Assembly (NCBI GenBank): GCA_963708025.1
Contig: CAVPSB010000012.1
Location: 256,001-320,000 of the forward strand
Length of the DNA: 64,000 bases
Direction: 5' to 3'
Source: an uncultured Candidatus Rokubacteria bacterium
Lineage (GTDB): Bacteria; Methylomirabilota; Methylomirabilia; Rokubacteriales; DASRDR01
Made by a program: the position numbers and the translations under genes. The number at the start of each line of letters is the position of its first letter. The stretch's first letter is position 1. The notes below the pieces were generated by a model. That model had not been told where the DNA came from. It saw only the letters and a program-made list of their open reading frames with translations, and did no database searches. Below are positions 10,801-22,070 of the stretch, one piece after another.

Positions 10801-12057
10801 CTCACCCGCTTCGCCAAGCAAGCGGCCCGCATCTCCGCCCACGCGGAGGCCATCGCGGCGCTCCGGCAGGCGATCCTGCACATCGAGCGGCTCCCGGCCG
10901 CTCCCGAGCGGGACCGCCGGCTCGTCAACCTGGTGCTGCGCCAGGCGCGGTCGCTCCTGTTCCTCGGCCAGTCGCCGGAGAGCGTCACGCTGCTCCAGGC
11001 CCACGAGGCGCGGCTCGAGAGCCTGGGGGACCCGTCGCTGGCCGGCCGGTTCCACTTCCTGCTCGCCCGGGGCCTGAGCCTGGTCGCCGACCAGGCCCGC
11101 GCCGTGGCCTACGCCGAGCGCGCCATCGAGGAGGCCCGGCAGTGTGGGGACGAGGCCACGCTCGGGAAGGCGTACTACGTCCTGGCCCGCGAGGCATACT
11201 GGGCCGGCCGGCCGGCCGACGCGATCGAGCATGCCCGGGAGGCCATCACGCTCCTCGAGCGGTCGGGCGAGCGCGTGTGGCTGGGGCAGGCCGAGTGGTT
11301 CCTCGGCCTGGGCCAGGCGTTCCGGGGCGAGTTCGAGCCCGCCCTCGAGGGCCTGGCGCGCGTCGAGGCTCTGGGCCGGGAGCTGGACGACGCCAACCTC
11401 GTGAGCTACGCCGCGGTCACGATCGGCGACCTCCGGGCGATGCTCGGTGAGGGGCCGGCCGGCATCGCGGACTGCCGGCGAGGCGTCGAGCGCTCACCGG
11501 ATCCGCTCAACCGGACGGTGGCCCTCGCCTACCTCGGCCACGCCTACCTGGAGACCGGTGATGCGGCGGCGGCGATCCCCCCGCTCGCCGAGGCCCGCCA
11601 GCGGCTCGGCGAGTTCGGGATCCGCCAGATGGAGGCCACGTTCACCACGTGGCTCGGCGAGGCGTGCCTGCTGAGCGGCGACGTGGCCCGGGCGCGGGAG
11701 CTGGCCGAGCACGGCCTGGCGGTGGCTCGCGCGGGCGGCTACCGGGCCGCCCTCGGCTTCGCCGAGCGGTTCCTGGGGCGGGTGCTGCAGGCGGAGGGAC
11801 GGCTGCCGGAGGCGCGCCGGCAGCTCACCGAGGGGCTCGGGAGCTTCGAGAAGAGCGAGGCGCGCTTCGAGGTGGGGCGCACCCACCTGGCGCTGGCCGA
11901 GGTCGCCGGGGCGCTCGGCGAGTCCAAGGCGGCCGCCCGGCACGTGGAGGAGGCGGCGTCGGTGTTCCGGGCCCTCGGCGTCCCCGCCTACGCCCGCCGC
12001 GCCGCCGAACTGGCCCGCCGGCTCGACCTGCCCCTGCCTCCGGGCGCCGTCGCCTGA
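7841..12057 (+). CDS. Sigma54 enhancer-binding protein (AAA+, Fis HTH) fused to degenerate cyclase-like, STAND AAA ATPase and TPR domains; split near 9000-9028
   Basis: [28 protein letters not shown] and Fis HTH in ORF 7841-9028; [25 protein letters not shown] and TPR helices in the second frame. Confidence 0.88.
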
Positions 12058-12075
12058 GGCGCCGTCACGCGCGTC

Positions 12076-12082
12076 GTTAGGC
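12076..12082 (+). mobile_element. Integron cassette core site (GTTRRRY) at the start of the TA cassette
   Basis: GTTAGGC is complementary (6/7) to the inverse core GCCCAAC at 12608. Confidence 0.6.
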
Positions 12083-12121
12083 GGCACGTGGCCAAACCGA
12101 GCGCCCGCGTATACTGTCGAG

Positions 12122-12394
12122 GTGCGATTCGAGTGGGACCCGGCGAAGGCTGCCGCGAACATCCGGAAGCACGGCGTCACGTTCCATGAGGCCGCGAGGG
12201 TACTGGAAGATCCGCTGTCGACCACGTTTCCGGACGACAGTCACTCAGTGGCGGAGCGGCGGTCCGTGACGATCGGGTCATCGTCGCGCGGACGTCTCTT
12301 GGTAGTAGCGCACTCCGAACGAAACGATACCATCCGAATCATCAGCGCCCGGCGAGCGACGCGGCGCGAGCGAGCATTCTATGAAGAACGTTGA
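12122..12394 (+). CDS. brnT: BrnT family toxin
   Basis: FEWDPAKAAANIRKHGVTF...RIISARRAT motifs. Confidence 0.93.
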   Translation: MRFEWDPAKAAANIRKHGVTFHEAARVLEDPLSTTFPDDSHSVAERRSVTIGSSSRGRLLVVAHSERNDTIRIISARRATRRERAFYEER

Positions 12395-12689
12395 TCGGGC
12401 TGACGACGAGCTTCGGCCAGAGTACGACTTCGCGTCAATGAAGGGCGGCGTTCGGGGCAAGTACGCCGCGAGGCTCCGCAAGGAAGGACACAATCTCGCC
12501 CTCCTGGAGCCTGAAGTCGCCGCCGCCTTTCCTTCCGATGCAGCTGTGAACGAGGCCCTTCGAGGTGTGCTGAACACTACTCGCGCGGTCCGGGGCAAGG
12601 GCGGGCTGCCCAACAAGGCACTACAGCCGTCGAGCCGCCGTCGGCGTGGTACGCGGAAGCGAAAGCGGCTGCGTGCGGCTCGCGGCTGA
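12381..12689 (+). CDS. BrnA-like antitoxin; C-terminus reads through attC
   Basis: Overlaps brnT; PEYDF..GGVRGKY..LEPEVAAAFP..AVNEALR; PNKALQP tail is typical of a translated attC. Confidence 0.8.
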   Translation: MKNVDRADDELRPEYDFASMKGGVRGKYAARLRKEGHNLALLEPEVAAAFPSDAAVNEALRGVLNTTRAVRGKGGLPNKALQPSSRRRRGTRKRKRLRAARG

Positions 12690-12707
12690 GCGCCAGGGTC
12701 ATCCAGC
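12608..12707 (+). mobile_element. attC site with degenerate R' box
   Basis: R'' GCCCAAC; arms CTACAGCCGTCGAGCCGC and GCGGCTCGCGGCTGAG pair with two extrahelical bases; expected GTT is absent at ~12698-12703. Confidence 0.75.
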
Positions 12708-12711
12708 GAAT

Positions 12712-13416
12712 ATGATGACCAGAGACGAGATCCTTTCTGAGATTCGCCGGGCGGCGAGCCAGCGCGGTGGCCGGGTTGGCCTGGCGTCCTTTCTGAAGGC
12801 AACCGGGATCCCTGAGAAGCAGATCCTGGGCAGATACTGGGCCACCTGGAACGAAACTCTCACCGACGCCGGGATCGCGACGACCATCTCCCACCGGCCG
12901 CGTGCTGATGAGAAGCGTGTCCTTGAAGCCGTCGCTCAGCTGGTCCAGCGCCGCAAGAAGTGGCCTACGTACAATGTGTTCTCACTCGAACGTCGTCGCG
13001 ACTCGTCCTTTCCAAGCCTGAAGGTCATTCGACGCCTGCGACAGTCGGGGACCCTTGCGAGCATGCTCCAGGCTCACTGCGCAGATCGTCCAGACCTCAC
13101 CGATGCCGCGAATTTTGCCGCCGCTCACGTCGTGCCTCGCTCGGGCGAGGCCTCCCCGCTTGGGCGTGCGCCCGCTCAAGGGTACGTCTACATGATGCGG
13201 TCCGGCCGGCGCTACAAGATCGGCCATGCCACCTCCCCATCTCGCCGCCATCGTGAGGTCCGCCTGGATCTGCCCGATCCAACGAGCCTGGTCCACTCGA
13301 TCGAGACCGATGACCCTCACGGGATAGAGACCTATTGGCACCGTCGTTTTGACTCGAAACGAGTAATCACCCCCGGAGGTCCTGCGAGGCCGTCTGGAGG
13401 CAAGTCATGGAGGTAG
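12712..13416 (+). CDS. GIY-YIG nuclease family protein (T5orf172/MUG113-like), C-terminus apparently truncated
   Basis: GYVYMMRSGRRYKIG and HSIETDDPHGIETYWHRRF motifs; lower GC than the flanks. Confidence 0.8.
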   Translation: MMTRDEILSEIRRAASQRGGRVGLASFLKATGIPEKQILGRYWATWNETLTDAGIATTISHRPRADEKRVLEAVAQLVQRRKKWPTYNVFSLERRRDSSFPSLKVIRRLRQSGTLASMLQAHCADRPDLTDAANFAAAHVVPRSGEASPLGRAPAQGYVYMMRSGRRYKIGHATSPSRRHREVRLDLPDPTSLVHSIETDDPHGIETYWHRRFDSKRVITPGGPARPSGGKSWR

Positions 13417-13508
13417 AGTTCCTTGACGCCACACCACCGCCGACGACTGACAGTCTGGAAGAGTTGCGAGAATGGTTGCGCCCTCGGATCGATGCAGAAG
13501 AAGGCGAA

Positions 13509-13597
13509 CCCTAACAACTGATTGAGGCCGACAGCGGCGAGCGCTGTGCTCCAGCACTGACAACGGTGCCGCCGCGGCTCAACCAGAAGCACTATGC
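13509..13597 (+). mobile_element. attC site with degenerate R' box
   Basis: R'' CCCTAAC; arms TTGAGGCCGACAGCGGC and GCCGCCGCGGCTCAA; R' reads ACTATGC instead of GTTATGC. Confidence 0.72.
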
Positions 13598-13692
13598 GGA
13601 CTGAGCACGTCCCATTGCGTCTCGTCGTCGCCCGATGGCTTCCCGATGTGGCTGGAAGCCCGAGGTTCGACGGGACGTCATGCCGGCGGTAA

Positions 13693-14192
<500 letters not shown>

Positions 14193-14291
14193 ACAGGGTA
14201 CGCGCCGACGCGATTGTCAAGGCTGGCGGTGGCGTGGTAGCGTCACACGGTGCGTATCGTGTCCACAAATGCACGGGACAGGGAGGCGACG

Positions 14292-14732
14292 ATGATCGGG
14301 CGCATGGGGTTGATGAGGGGCGTGGCGATCGGGGCGATGGCGCTGGCGGTGGCCGGCTGCGCGATGTTCGGGGGGAAGGCCTCGCTCTACGAGCGGCTGG
14401 GCGGGCTGCCGTACATCCAGATCGTCGTCGACGACTTCGTCGCCAACGTGGCCGCCGACAGCCGGATCAACAAGCGGTTCGAGAAGACCAACATCCCCGT
14501 CCTCAAGAAACATCTGGTTGACCAGATCTGCCAGGCCAGCGGCGGCCCGTGCAAGTACACCGGGCGCGACATGAAGGCGAGCCACACCGGCATGAAGATC
14601 ACCGAGGCCGAGTGGAACGCCACCGTCGAGGATCTCGTGAAGACCCTCGACAAGTACAAGGTGCCCGAGCAGGAGAAGAACGACCTGCTGGCCTTGCTCG
14701 GCTCGCTGAAGGCGGACATCGTCGGCATCTAG
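14292..14732 (+). CDS. Group I truncated hemoglobin with a lipoprotein signal peptide
   Basis: SLYERLGG and GGPCKYTGRDMKASH (proximal His); LAVAGC lipobox; GGAGG SD. Confidence 0.88.
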   Translation: MIGRMGLMRGVAIGAMALAVAGCAMFGGKASLYERLGGLPYIQIVVDDFVANVAADSRINKRFEKTNIPVLKKHLVDQICQASGGPCKYTGRDMKASHTGMKITEAEWNATVEDLVKTLDKYKVPEQEKNDLLALLGSLKADIVGI

Positions 14733-14914
14733 GCATCCAGGCCGACGGCGTCCCTCTCCGCTCGACGGGGGACACGGGCCCGACCCCCGGGAGCCGCTCG
14801 GCCACAACTCACCGGGCCGCCGAGAACCGAGGTTCGGGCCGCGGTATTGAATGGCCGCCGGTACGACGAGGGACCGGTGTGATCTTTGTGTGGCATTGAA
14901 CGATCGCGAATCTC

Positions 14915-15667
14915 GTGTCGGTCCGAGCGTTTTACGATGAGCTGGCCCCGTTGTATCACCTCGTCTACGAGGACTGGGAGGCCAGCGTCGCGCGGCAGGG
15001 GACAGCGCTGGCGTCGCTTATCGGTGAGCACTGGGCCGGCACGCGCACGGTGCTCGACGCTGCCGTCGGCATAGGGACGCAAGCGCTTGGACTCCTGGCG
15101 CGAGGCTTTCGGGTAATAGGCTCGGACCTGTCCCGGGGTGCCGTTGATCGAGCCCGGCGCGAAGCCGCGGCGCGGCACCTTCCGCTCGCCTGTCTCGTCG
15201 CCGACTTCGGCGCGCTGCCAGTCCGGACGGCGAGTGTCGACGTCGTCCTCATCTGTGACAACGCCCTCCCGCACCTCGAGACGCCACAGGACATCGAGAC
15301 CGCCCTGGCCGAGTGCTTCCGCTGTGCTCGGCCCGGCGGTGGGTGCTTGATCTCGATGCGCGACTACGGGCCGCCGCCGCCCCCCGGCACCGTCGAGGTA
15401 CGACCATATGGCGAGCGTGTCTGGGCGGGCCGCCGGTACGATGTGCGCCAGGTATGGAGCTGGCGGGGGCCGCACTACGACCTGGCGTTCGAGATCGTTC
15501 CCCTGGATGGATCTGCGGAATCGGCCACGACTCACAAGAGCAGCTACCTCGCGATTCCGGTGGCACAGGTCGTTGAGCTCATGAAGGGAGTCGGCTTCGA
15601 GAGCGTCCGACGCGTGGACGCCCGCTTCTTTCAACCCGTCCTCGTGGGCACCCGTCCCGCGGTCTAA
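14915..15667 (+). CDS. Class I SAM-dependent methyltransferase (probable gene cassette)
   Basis: VLDAAVGIG, GSDLS and DNALPHL motifs; stop lies in GTCTAAC, an R''-like site. Confidence 0.85.
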   Translation: MSVRAFYDELAPLYHLVYEDWEASVARQGTALASLIGEHWAGTRTVLDAAVGIGTQALGLLARGFRVIGSDLSRGAVDRARREAAARHLPLACLVADFGALPVRTASVDVVLICDNALPHLETPQDIETALAECFRCARPGGGCLISMRDYGPPPPPGTVEVRPYGERVWAGRRYDVRQVWSWRGPHYDLAFEIVPLDGSAESATTHKSSYLAIPVAQVVELMKGVGFESVRRVDARFFQPVLVGTRPAV

Positions 15668-15885
15668 CGTTGAGATGACGAATCAGAAAGTCTTCGCCTG
15701 CCTCTTCCGGCTCGATGAGAACTGAGGCGTCAACTCGTAGTCGAATGGCCGGCTAACCTCAGGCGCCATTGGATCGGAGGTGGGCCGGAAGCCAGCGGGC
15801 GGGCGTGACGCCGCTTCAGGTCTTGACGTCAGCGGCCGTCGTGGACGACCCATCGCCGGTGCAGTGGACGGGCTGGTGGGCCCTC

Positions 15886-17338
15886 TCAGGCCAGGGGCGC
15901 CGGGAGGCTGGAGGCGCCCATGAGGTAGGCGTCGACGCCGCGGGCGGCGGAGCGGCCCTCGGCGATGGCCCACACGATGAGCGACTGGCCGCGCTGCATG
16001 TCGCCGCAGGTGAAGACGCCGGGGACGCTGGTCATCCAGCCGGCGTCGCGCCAGACGTTGCCGCGCTCGGTGAGCCGGACGCCGAGATCGGTCGAGCATG
16101 CCGGGGCGCTCGGGGCCGAGGAAGCCCATGGCCAGGAGCACGAGGTCCACGTCGAGCGTGAACTCGGAGCCCGGGACCGGCTTGAAATCGACCCGCCCGC
16201 CGTCGCGCACCATCTCGACCTGCCACCGCGTGGAGCTGGCGGACGCGCCCGCTCGGCGTCGCCGGTGAACCGCTGGGTGGAGACGGCGTAGACGCGCTCG
16301 CCGCCCTCCTCGTGGGCCGAGGAGACGCGGAAGATGTTGGGCCACTGGGGCCACGGGTTGTCGGCGGCGCGGGCGTCGGGCGGGCCGGGGCAGCAGCTCG
16401 AACTGGTGGACGGAGACGGCGCCCTGGCGGTGCACGGTGCCGAGGCAGTCGGCGCCGGTGTCGCCGCCGCCGATGATGACCACGCGCTTGCCCTGGGCCG
16501 TGATGAAGGCCGCGTCGGGGACGACGTCGCCCTCGCAGCGCCGGTTCTGGAGCGGGAGGTAGTCCATCGCGAAGTGGATGCCGGCGAGCTCGCGGCCGGG
16601 CACCGGCAGATCCCGCGGCCAGCAGGCGCCGCCGGCGAGGACGATCGCGTCGAACTCGCGCCGCAGCTCGTCCACCGGCACGGTCACGCCCACGTGGGCG
16701 TTGGTCCGGAAGACGACGCCTTCCTTCTCCATGAGGGCCAGGCGGCGGTCCACGAACCGCTTCTCCATCTTGAACTCGGGGATGCCGTAGCGGAGGAGCC
16801 CGCCGATGCGGTCGGCCCGCTCGAAGACCGTCACCGCGTGGCCGGCGCGGTTGAGCTGGTCGGCGGCGGCCAGCCCGGCCGGCCCCGAGCCGACGACGGC
16901 GACCCGCTTGCCGGTGCGGGCGGCCGGGGGGTGCGGCGTGACCCACCCCTCGTCGAAGGCGCGCTCGACGATCGCCACCTCGACCGCCTTGATCGTGACG
17001 GGGTCGTCGTTGATCCCGAGCACGCACGACCCCTCGCAGGGGGCCGGGCAGAGCCGCCCGGTCCACTCCGGGAAGTTGTTGGTGGCGTGGAGCCGCTCGA
17101 TGGCCTCCGCCCAGCGGTCCCGGTAGACGAGGTCGTTCCAGTCGGGGATGATGTTCCCGAGCGGGCAGCCCTGGTGGCAGAACGGGATCCCGCAGTCCAT
17201 GCAGCGGGCCGCCTGCTTCTCGAGCTCGGGCCGCGGGTAGGGGAGGTAGACCTCCTTCCAGTCGCGGAGCCGCTCGGCGACCGGCCGGGCCGGTGGCTTC
17301 TTGCGCTGGATCTCGAGGAAGCCGGTGACCTTACCCAC
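15886..17338 (-). CDS. gltD: Glutamate synthase small subunit (several frameshifts at 16090-16390)
   Basis: [24 protein letters not shown] and GGGDTGADC motifs; C-terminal [12 protein letters not shown] lies in another frame. Confidence 0.95.
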
Positions 17339-20300
17339 TGGTGGCCCCGACCAGCTCGGCGAAGGTCGGCTCCCGCCCCTCGCTCCGCGCCCGGGCCTCG
17401 GCCAGGAGCACCCGCTTGTAGTCCCTCGGCATCACCTTCACGAACCGGGGCTGCACGTCGATCCAGCGGTCGAGGAGCCCCGCCGCGTAGGTCGAGCCGG
17501 TGTGCTCGACGTGGCGGCGGATCAGGTCGCGGACCAGCTCGATGTCGGCCGCCTGGTCGAGGGGCTCCAGGTCCACCATGCCGAGGTTGCAGCGCCGCTT
17601 GAAGTCGCCGTCGACGTCGAGGACGTAGGCGATCCCGCCCGACATGCCGGCCGCGAAGTTGCGGCCGGTGCGGCCGAGGATCACCACCCGCCCGCCGGTC
17701 ATGTACTCGCAGCCGTGGTCGCCGATGCCCTCCACGACCGCGTGGACGCCGCTGTTGCGCACGCCGAAGCGCTCACCGGCGACGCCCCGCACGTAGGCCT
17801 CGCCCCCGGTGGCGCCGTAGAGGGCGACGTTGCCGACGACGATGTTCTCCTCGGGCACGAACGTCGCCGCCCGCGGGGGGTGGACGATCAGCTTCCCGCC
17901 CGACAGCCCCTTGCCCCAGTAGTCGTTGGCGTCGCCTTCGAGCGTGCAGCGTGATCCCCCGCGGCACGAAGGCGCCGAAGCTCTGGCCGGCCGAGCCGGT
18001 GAAGTGGATGCGGATCGTGTCGTCGGGCAGGCCCTCGCCGCCCCGGCGGCGGGTCACCTCGTAGCCCAGCATGGTGCCGACGGTCCGGTTGACGTTGCGG
18101 ATGGGCAGCCGCAGCTCGACGGGCGTGCCGCGCTCGATCGCCTCCCGGCAGCCCGGGATCAGCGTGGTGGCGTCGAGCGACTTCCCGAGCCCGTGGTCCT
18201 GCGCCACGACGCGGCGCCGCGCCACGTCGGGCCCCACCGCCGGCTGGTGGAGGATCGCCGAGAAGTCGAGCCCGCGCGCCTTCCAGTGGTCGAGGGCGGC
18301 CCGGAAGTCCAGGCGGTCCACGCGGCCGATCAGCTCGTCCATCGTCCGGAAGCCGAGCTTGGCCATGTACTCCCGCACCTCCTCCGCGACGAAGCGGAAG
18401 AAGTTCGCGACGAACTCCGGCTGGCCGGTGAAGCGCTTCCGCAGCTCGGGGTCCTGGGTAGCGATCCCGACCGGGCAGGTGTTGAGGTGGCAGACCCGCA
18501 TCATGATGCAGCCCATGACGACCAGCGGGGCGGTCGAGAAGCCGAACTCCTCGGCGCCCAGGAGGGCCGCGATCACCACGTCGCGGCCGGTCTTCATCTG
18601 GCCGTCCACCTGGACGACGATGCGGTCGCGCAAGCGGTTGAGCACGAGCGTCTGCTGGGTCTCGGCCAGCCCCAGCTCCCAGGGGACGCCGCCGTGCTTG
18701 ATGCTGGTGAGCGGGGAGGCCCCGGTGCCGCCGTCGTGTCCGGAGATCAGGACCACGTCGGCGTAGGCCTTGGCCACGCCAGCCGCCACGGTGCCGACGC
18801 CGACCTCGGCCACCAGCTTCACGTGGATCCGCGCCTCGGGGTTCGCGTTCTTCAGGTCGTGGATGAGCTGCTTCAGGTCCTCGATCGAGTAGATGTCGTG
18901 GTGGGGCGGCGGCGAGATGAGGCCGACCCCCGGGGTCGCGTAGCGCACCCGGGCGATCCACGGGTAGACCTTGTGGCCGGGGAGCTGGCCGCCCTCACCG
19001 GGCTTCGCCCCCTGGGCCATCTTGATCTGGAGGTCGGTGCAGTTGACCAGGTACTCGCTCGTCACGCCGAAGCGGGCCGAGGCGACCTGCTTGATCGCGC
19101 TCCGGCGCCAGTCGCCGTTCGGGTCCCGTCGGTAGCGGACCGGATCCTCGCCGCCCTCGCCGGTGTTCGACTTGCCGCCGATCCGGTTCATGGCGATGGC
19201 CAGCGTCTCGTGCGCCTCCTGGCCGATGGAGCCGTAGGACATGGCGCCGGTGGCGAAGCGCCTGAGGATCGACTCCACCGGCTCCACCTGGTCGAGGGGG
19301 ACCGGCTCCGCCTCCCGGAGGGAGATCAGCCCGCGCAGGGTCGCCATCCGGGCGCCCTGGTCGTCCACCAGCCGGGTGTACTCGCGGAAGATCCGGAACT
19401 GGCCGCTGCGCGTGGCGTGCTGGAGCTTCTGGACGGTGTCGGGGTTGAAGAGGTGGAACTCGCCGTCCCGCCGCCACTGGTACTCGCCGCCCCAGTCCAG
19501 GTCCGGCTCGCCGGACGACCGGTCCGGGAAGGCGCGCGCGTGCCGCAGCCGCACCTCCTCGGCGATCACGTCGAGGCCGACACCGCTCACGCGGGAGGCG
19601 GTGCCGGTGAAGTAGCGGCGGACGAGCTCGGTGTCGAGGCCGACCGCCTCGAAGATCTGGGCGCCGCAGTAGCTCTGCAGCGTCGAGATCCCCATCTTGG
19701 ACATGACCTTGAGGATGCCCTTGTTCAGGGCCTTGACGTAGCTCCGCACCGCCTTGGCGGGGTCCACGCCGGCGAGGAGCCCCTCGCGGATCATGTCGGC
19801 GAGCGTCTCGAAGGCCACCCAGGGGTTGACGGCGCCCGCCCCGTAACCGATGAGCAGGCACATGTGGTGGACCTCGCGCGCGTCCCCGGTCTCGACGACG
19901 AGGCCGCAGCGGGTGCGGGTGCCCTCGCGCACGAGGTGGTGGTGGACGGCGGCGGTGGCCAGCAGGCTCGGGATGGCCGCCCGCTCGCGGCACAGACCGC
20001 GGTCGGACAGGATCAGGATGTTGTGGCCGCCGGCGATGGCCCGGCTGGCGCTCCGCTGGAGGTCTTCGATCGCCCGCTCGAGCCCGGGCGCCCCCTCGGC
20101 CACCGGGTAGAGCATGGAGAGCGTGGTGGAGCGGAAGCCGTGGACGTCCACGTGGGCCAGCTTGGCCAGCTCCTCGTTCGAGAGCACCGGGTCCGGGATC
20201 ACGATCTGGTGGCACGACCCGGGCGTCGGCTCCAGGAGGTTACCCTCCGGCCCGATCGTGCTCTCCATGGACGTCACCAGCTCCTCGCGGATGGCGTCCA

Positions 20301-21959
20301 GCGGCGGGTTGGTGACCTGCGCGAAGAGCTGCTTGAAGTAGTCGTAGAGCGGCCGCGGCCGATCGGAGAGGACGGCCAGCGCGGTGTCGGTGCCCATCGA
20401 GCCGACCGGCTCCTCGCCCTGCTTGGCCATGGGGGCCAGCAGGAGGCGCAGGTCCTCGTGGGTGTAGCCGAAGGCGAGCTGCCGCGTGAGCACGGCCTCG
20501 TGGTCCGGCTCGGCCACCGGCGCCGCCGGCAGCTCGTCGAGCGTGACGAGCTCGGCCCGCAGCCACTCGGCGTACGGGTGCTCGGCCGCCAGGTGCGCCT
20601 TGATCTCCTCGTCCGAGACGATCCGGCCCTGGGCGGTGTCCACCAGGAAGATCCGCCCGGGGTGGAGCCGCTCCTTCAGCCGGATGTTCTCCGGCGGGAT
20701 GTCGAGGACGCCCACCTCCGACGCCATGACGACCATGTCGTCCTTCGTGACGTAGTACCGGGAGGGGCGGAGGCCGTTCCGGTCCAGCACCGCCCCGATG
20801 AGGACGCCGTCGGTGAAGGCGATCGAGGCCGGCCCGTCCCAGGGCTCCATCAGCGACGAGTGGTACTCGTAGAAGGCCCGGCGCTCCGGGCTCATGCTCT
20901 CGTGGTTCTGCCAGGGCTCGGGGATCATCATCAGGATGGCGTGGGGCAGCGAGCGCCCGTTCATGACCAGGAACTCGAGGACGTTGTCGAACGTCGCCGT
21001 GTCCGACAGCCCGTCCCGGGTGACCGGCAGGATCTTCCAGAGGTCGTCACCGACCACCGAGGACCGGCAGAGGGCCTCCCGGGCGCGCATCCAGTTGATG
21101 TTCCCGCGCAGCGTGTTGATCTCGCCGTTGTGCGCGATGTAGCGGTAGGGGTGGGCGAGGGGCCAGGAGGGGAACGTGTTGGTGCTGAAGCGCTGGTGGA
21201 CCAGGGCCAGCGCCGACTCCACGGCCGGGTCGGCCAGGTCCGGGTACATCACCTCGATCTGGTCGGCGCTCAGCATGCCCTTGTAGATGAGCGTCCGCGA
21301 CGAGAGGCTCGGGATGTAGGCGAAGGTGCGCTCGGGGAGGTCGATCGCCGCCACCGCCTTCTCGAAGAGCTTCCGGATCACGTAGAGCTTGCGCTCGAAG
21401 GCCATCGGGTCGCCGGCCCCGGCGGCCCGATCCCCGCGGCCCCCCCGACCCCCAGACCCCCGCGACCAATGAAGACCTGGCTGATGGTCGGCTCCACCGA
21501 CAGCGCGGTGGCTCCCAGGAGGCGGTCGTCGGTGGGGACGCTGCGCCAGCCGAGGCAGTGCTGGCCCTCCTCCTCGACGATGGAGTGGAAGAGGGCGCGC
21601 ACCTTGTCGGCCTGGAAGGGATCGCGCGGCAGGAAGACGAGCCCCGCTCCGTAGTCGCCGAGCGGCGGCAGGTCGATGCCGAGCGTCGCGCACTCACGGC
21701 GGAGGAAGCGGTCGGGCATCTGGAGCAGGATGCCGGCGCCGTCCCCGGTGTTCGGCTCGCTCCCGCACGCGCCCCGGTGCAGGAGGTTGATGAGGACCTG
21801 GAGGGCCTGGCGCACGATCGCGTGCGAGCGGCGGCCCTTGATGTCCACGACGAAGCCGACGCCGCACGCGTCGTGCTCGTGGCGGGGATCGTAGAGACCC
21901 TGGGGACCTGGCTGGCCGGCGTACAACCCGTGCTCCGGGCCGGCGTCCTGCTGACTCAT
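17331..21959 (-). CDS. gltB: Glutamate synthase large subunit (frameshifts near 21415 and 17945)
   Basis: [43 protein letters not shown] and GCEYMTGG motifs. Confidence 0.97.
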
Positions 21960-22039
21960 ATCCCACCTCTCTGCAAACAGTTGCCAGATCATACGGTGCG
22001 ACGGAGCATTAGTCATCACGGAAAATACGGATGCTAGAT

Positions 22040-22064
22040 ATCAGACGGACTAATAGTGTAGACT
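22040..22064 (+). promoter_or_regulatory. LysR-type T-N11-A box and -10 element in the gltB/lysR divergent region
   Basis: ATCAG-N5-CTAAT (T22041-N11-A22053); TAGACT 6 nt before the GTG. Confidence 0.55.
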
Positions 22065-22070
22065 GCCGCC

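Noticed and set aside
15886-21959. Frameshifts in gltB, gltD and many other genes read as pseudogenes or programmed frameshifts
   Set aside because: Single-base indels are scattered through unrelated conserved genes with no in-frame stops seen; sequencing error is the simpler explanation
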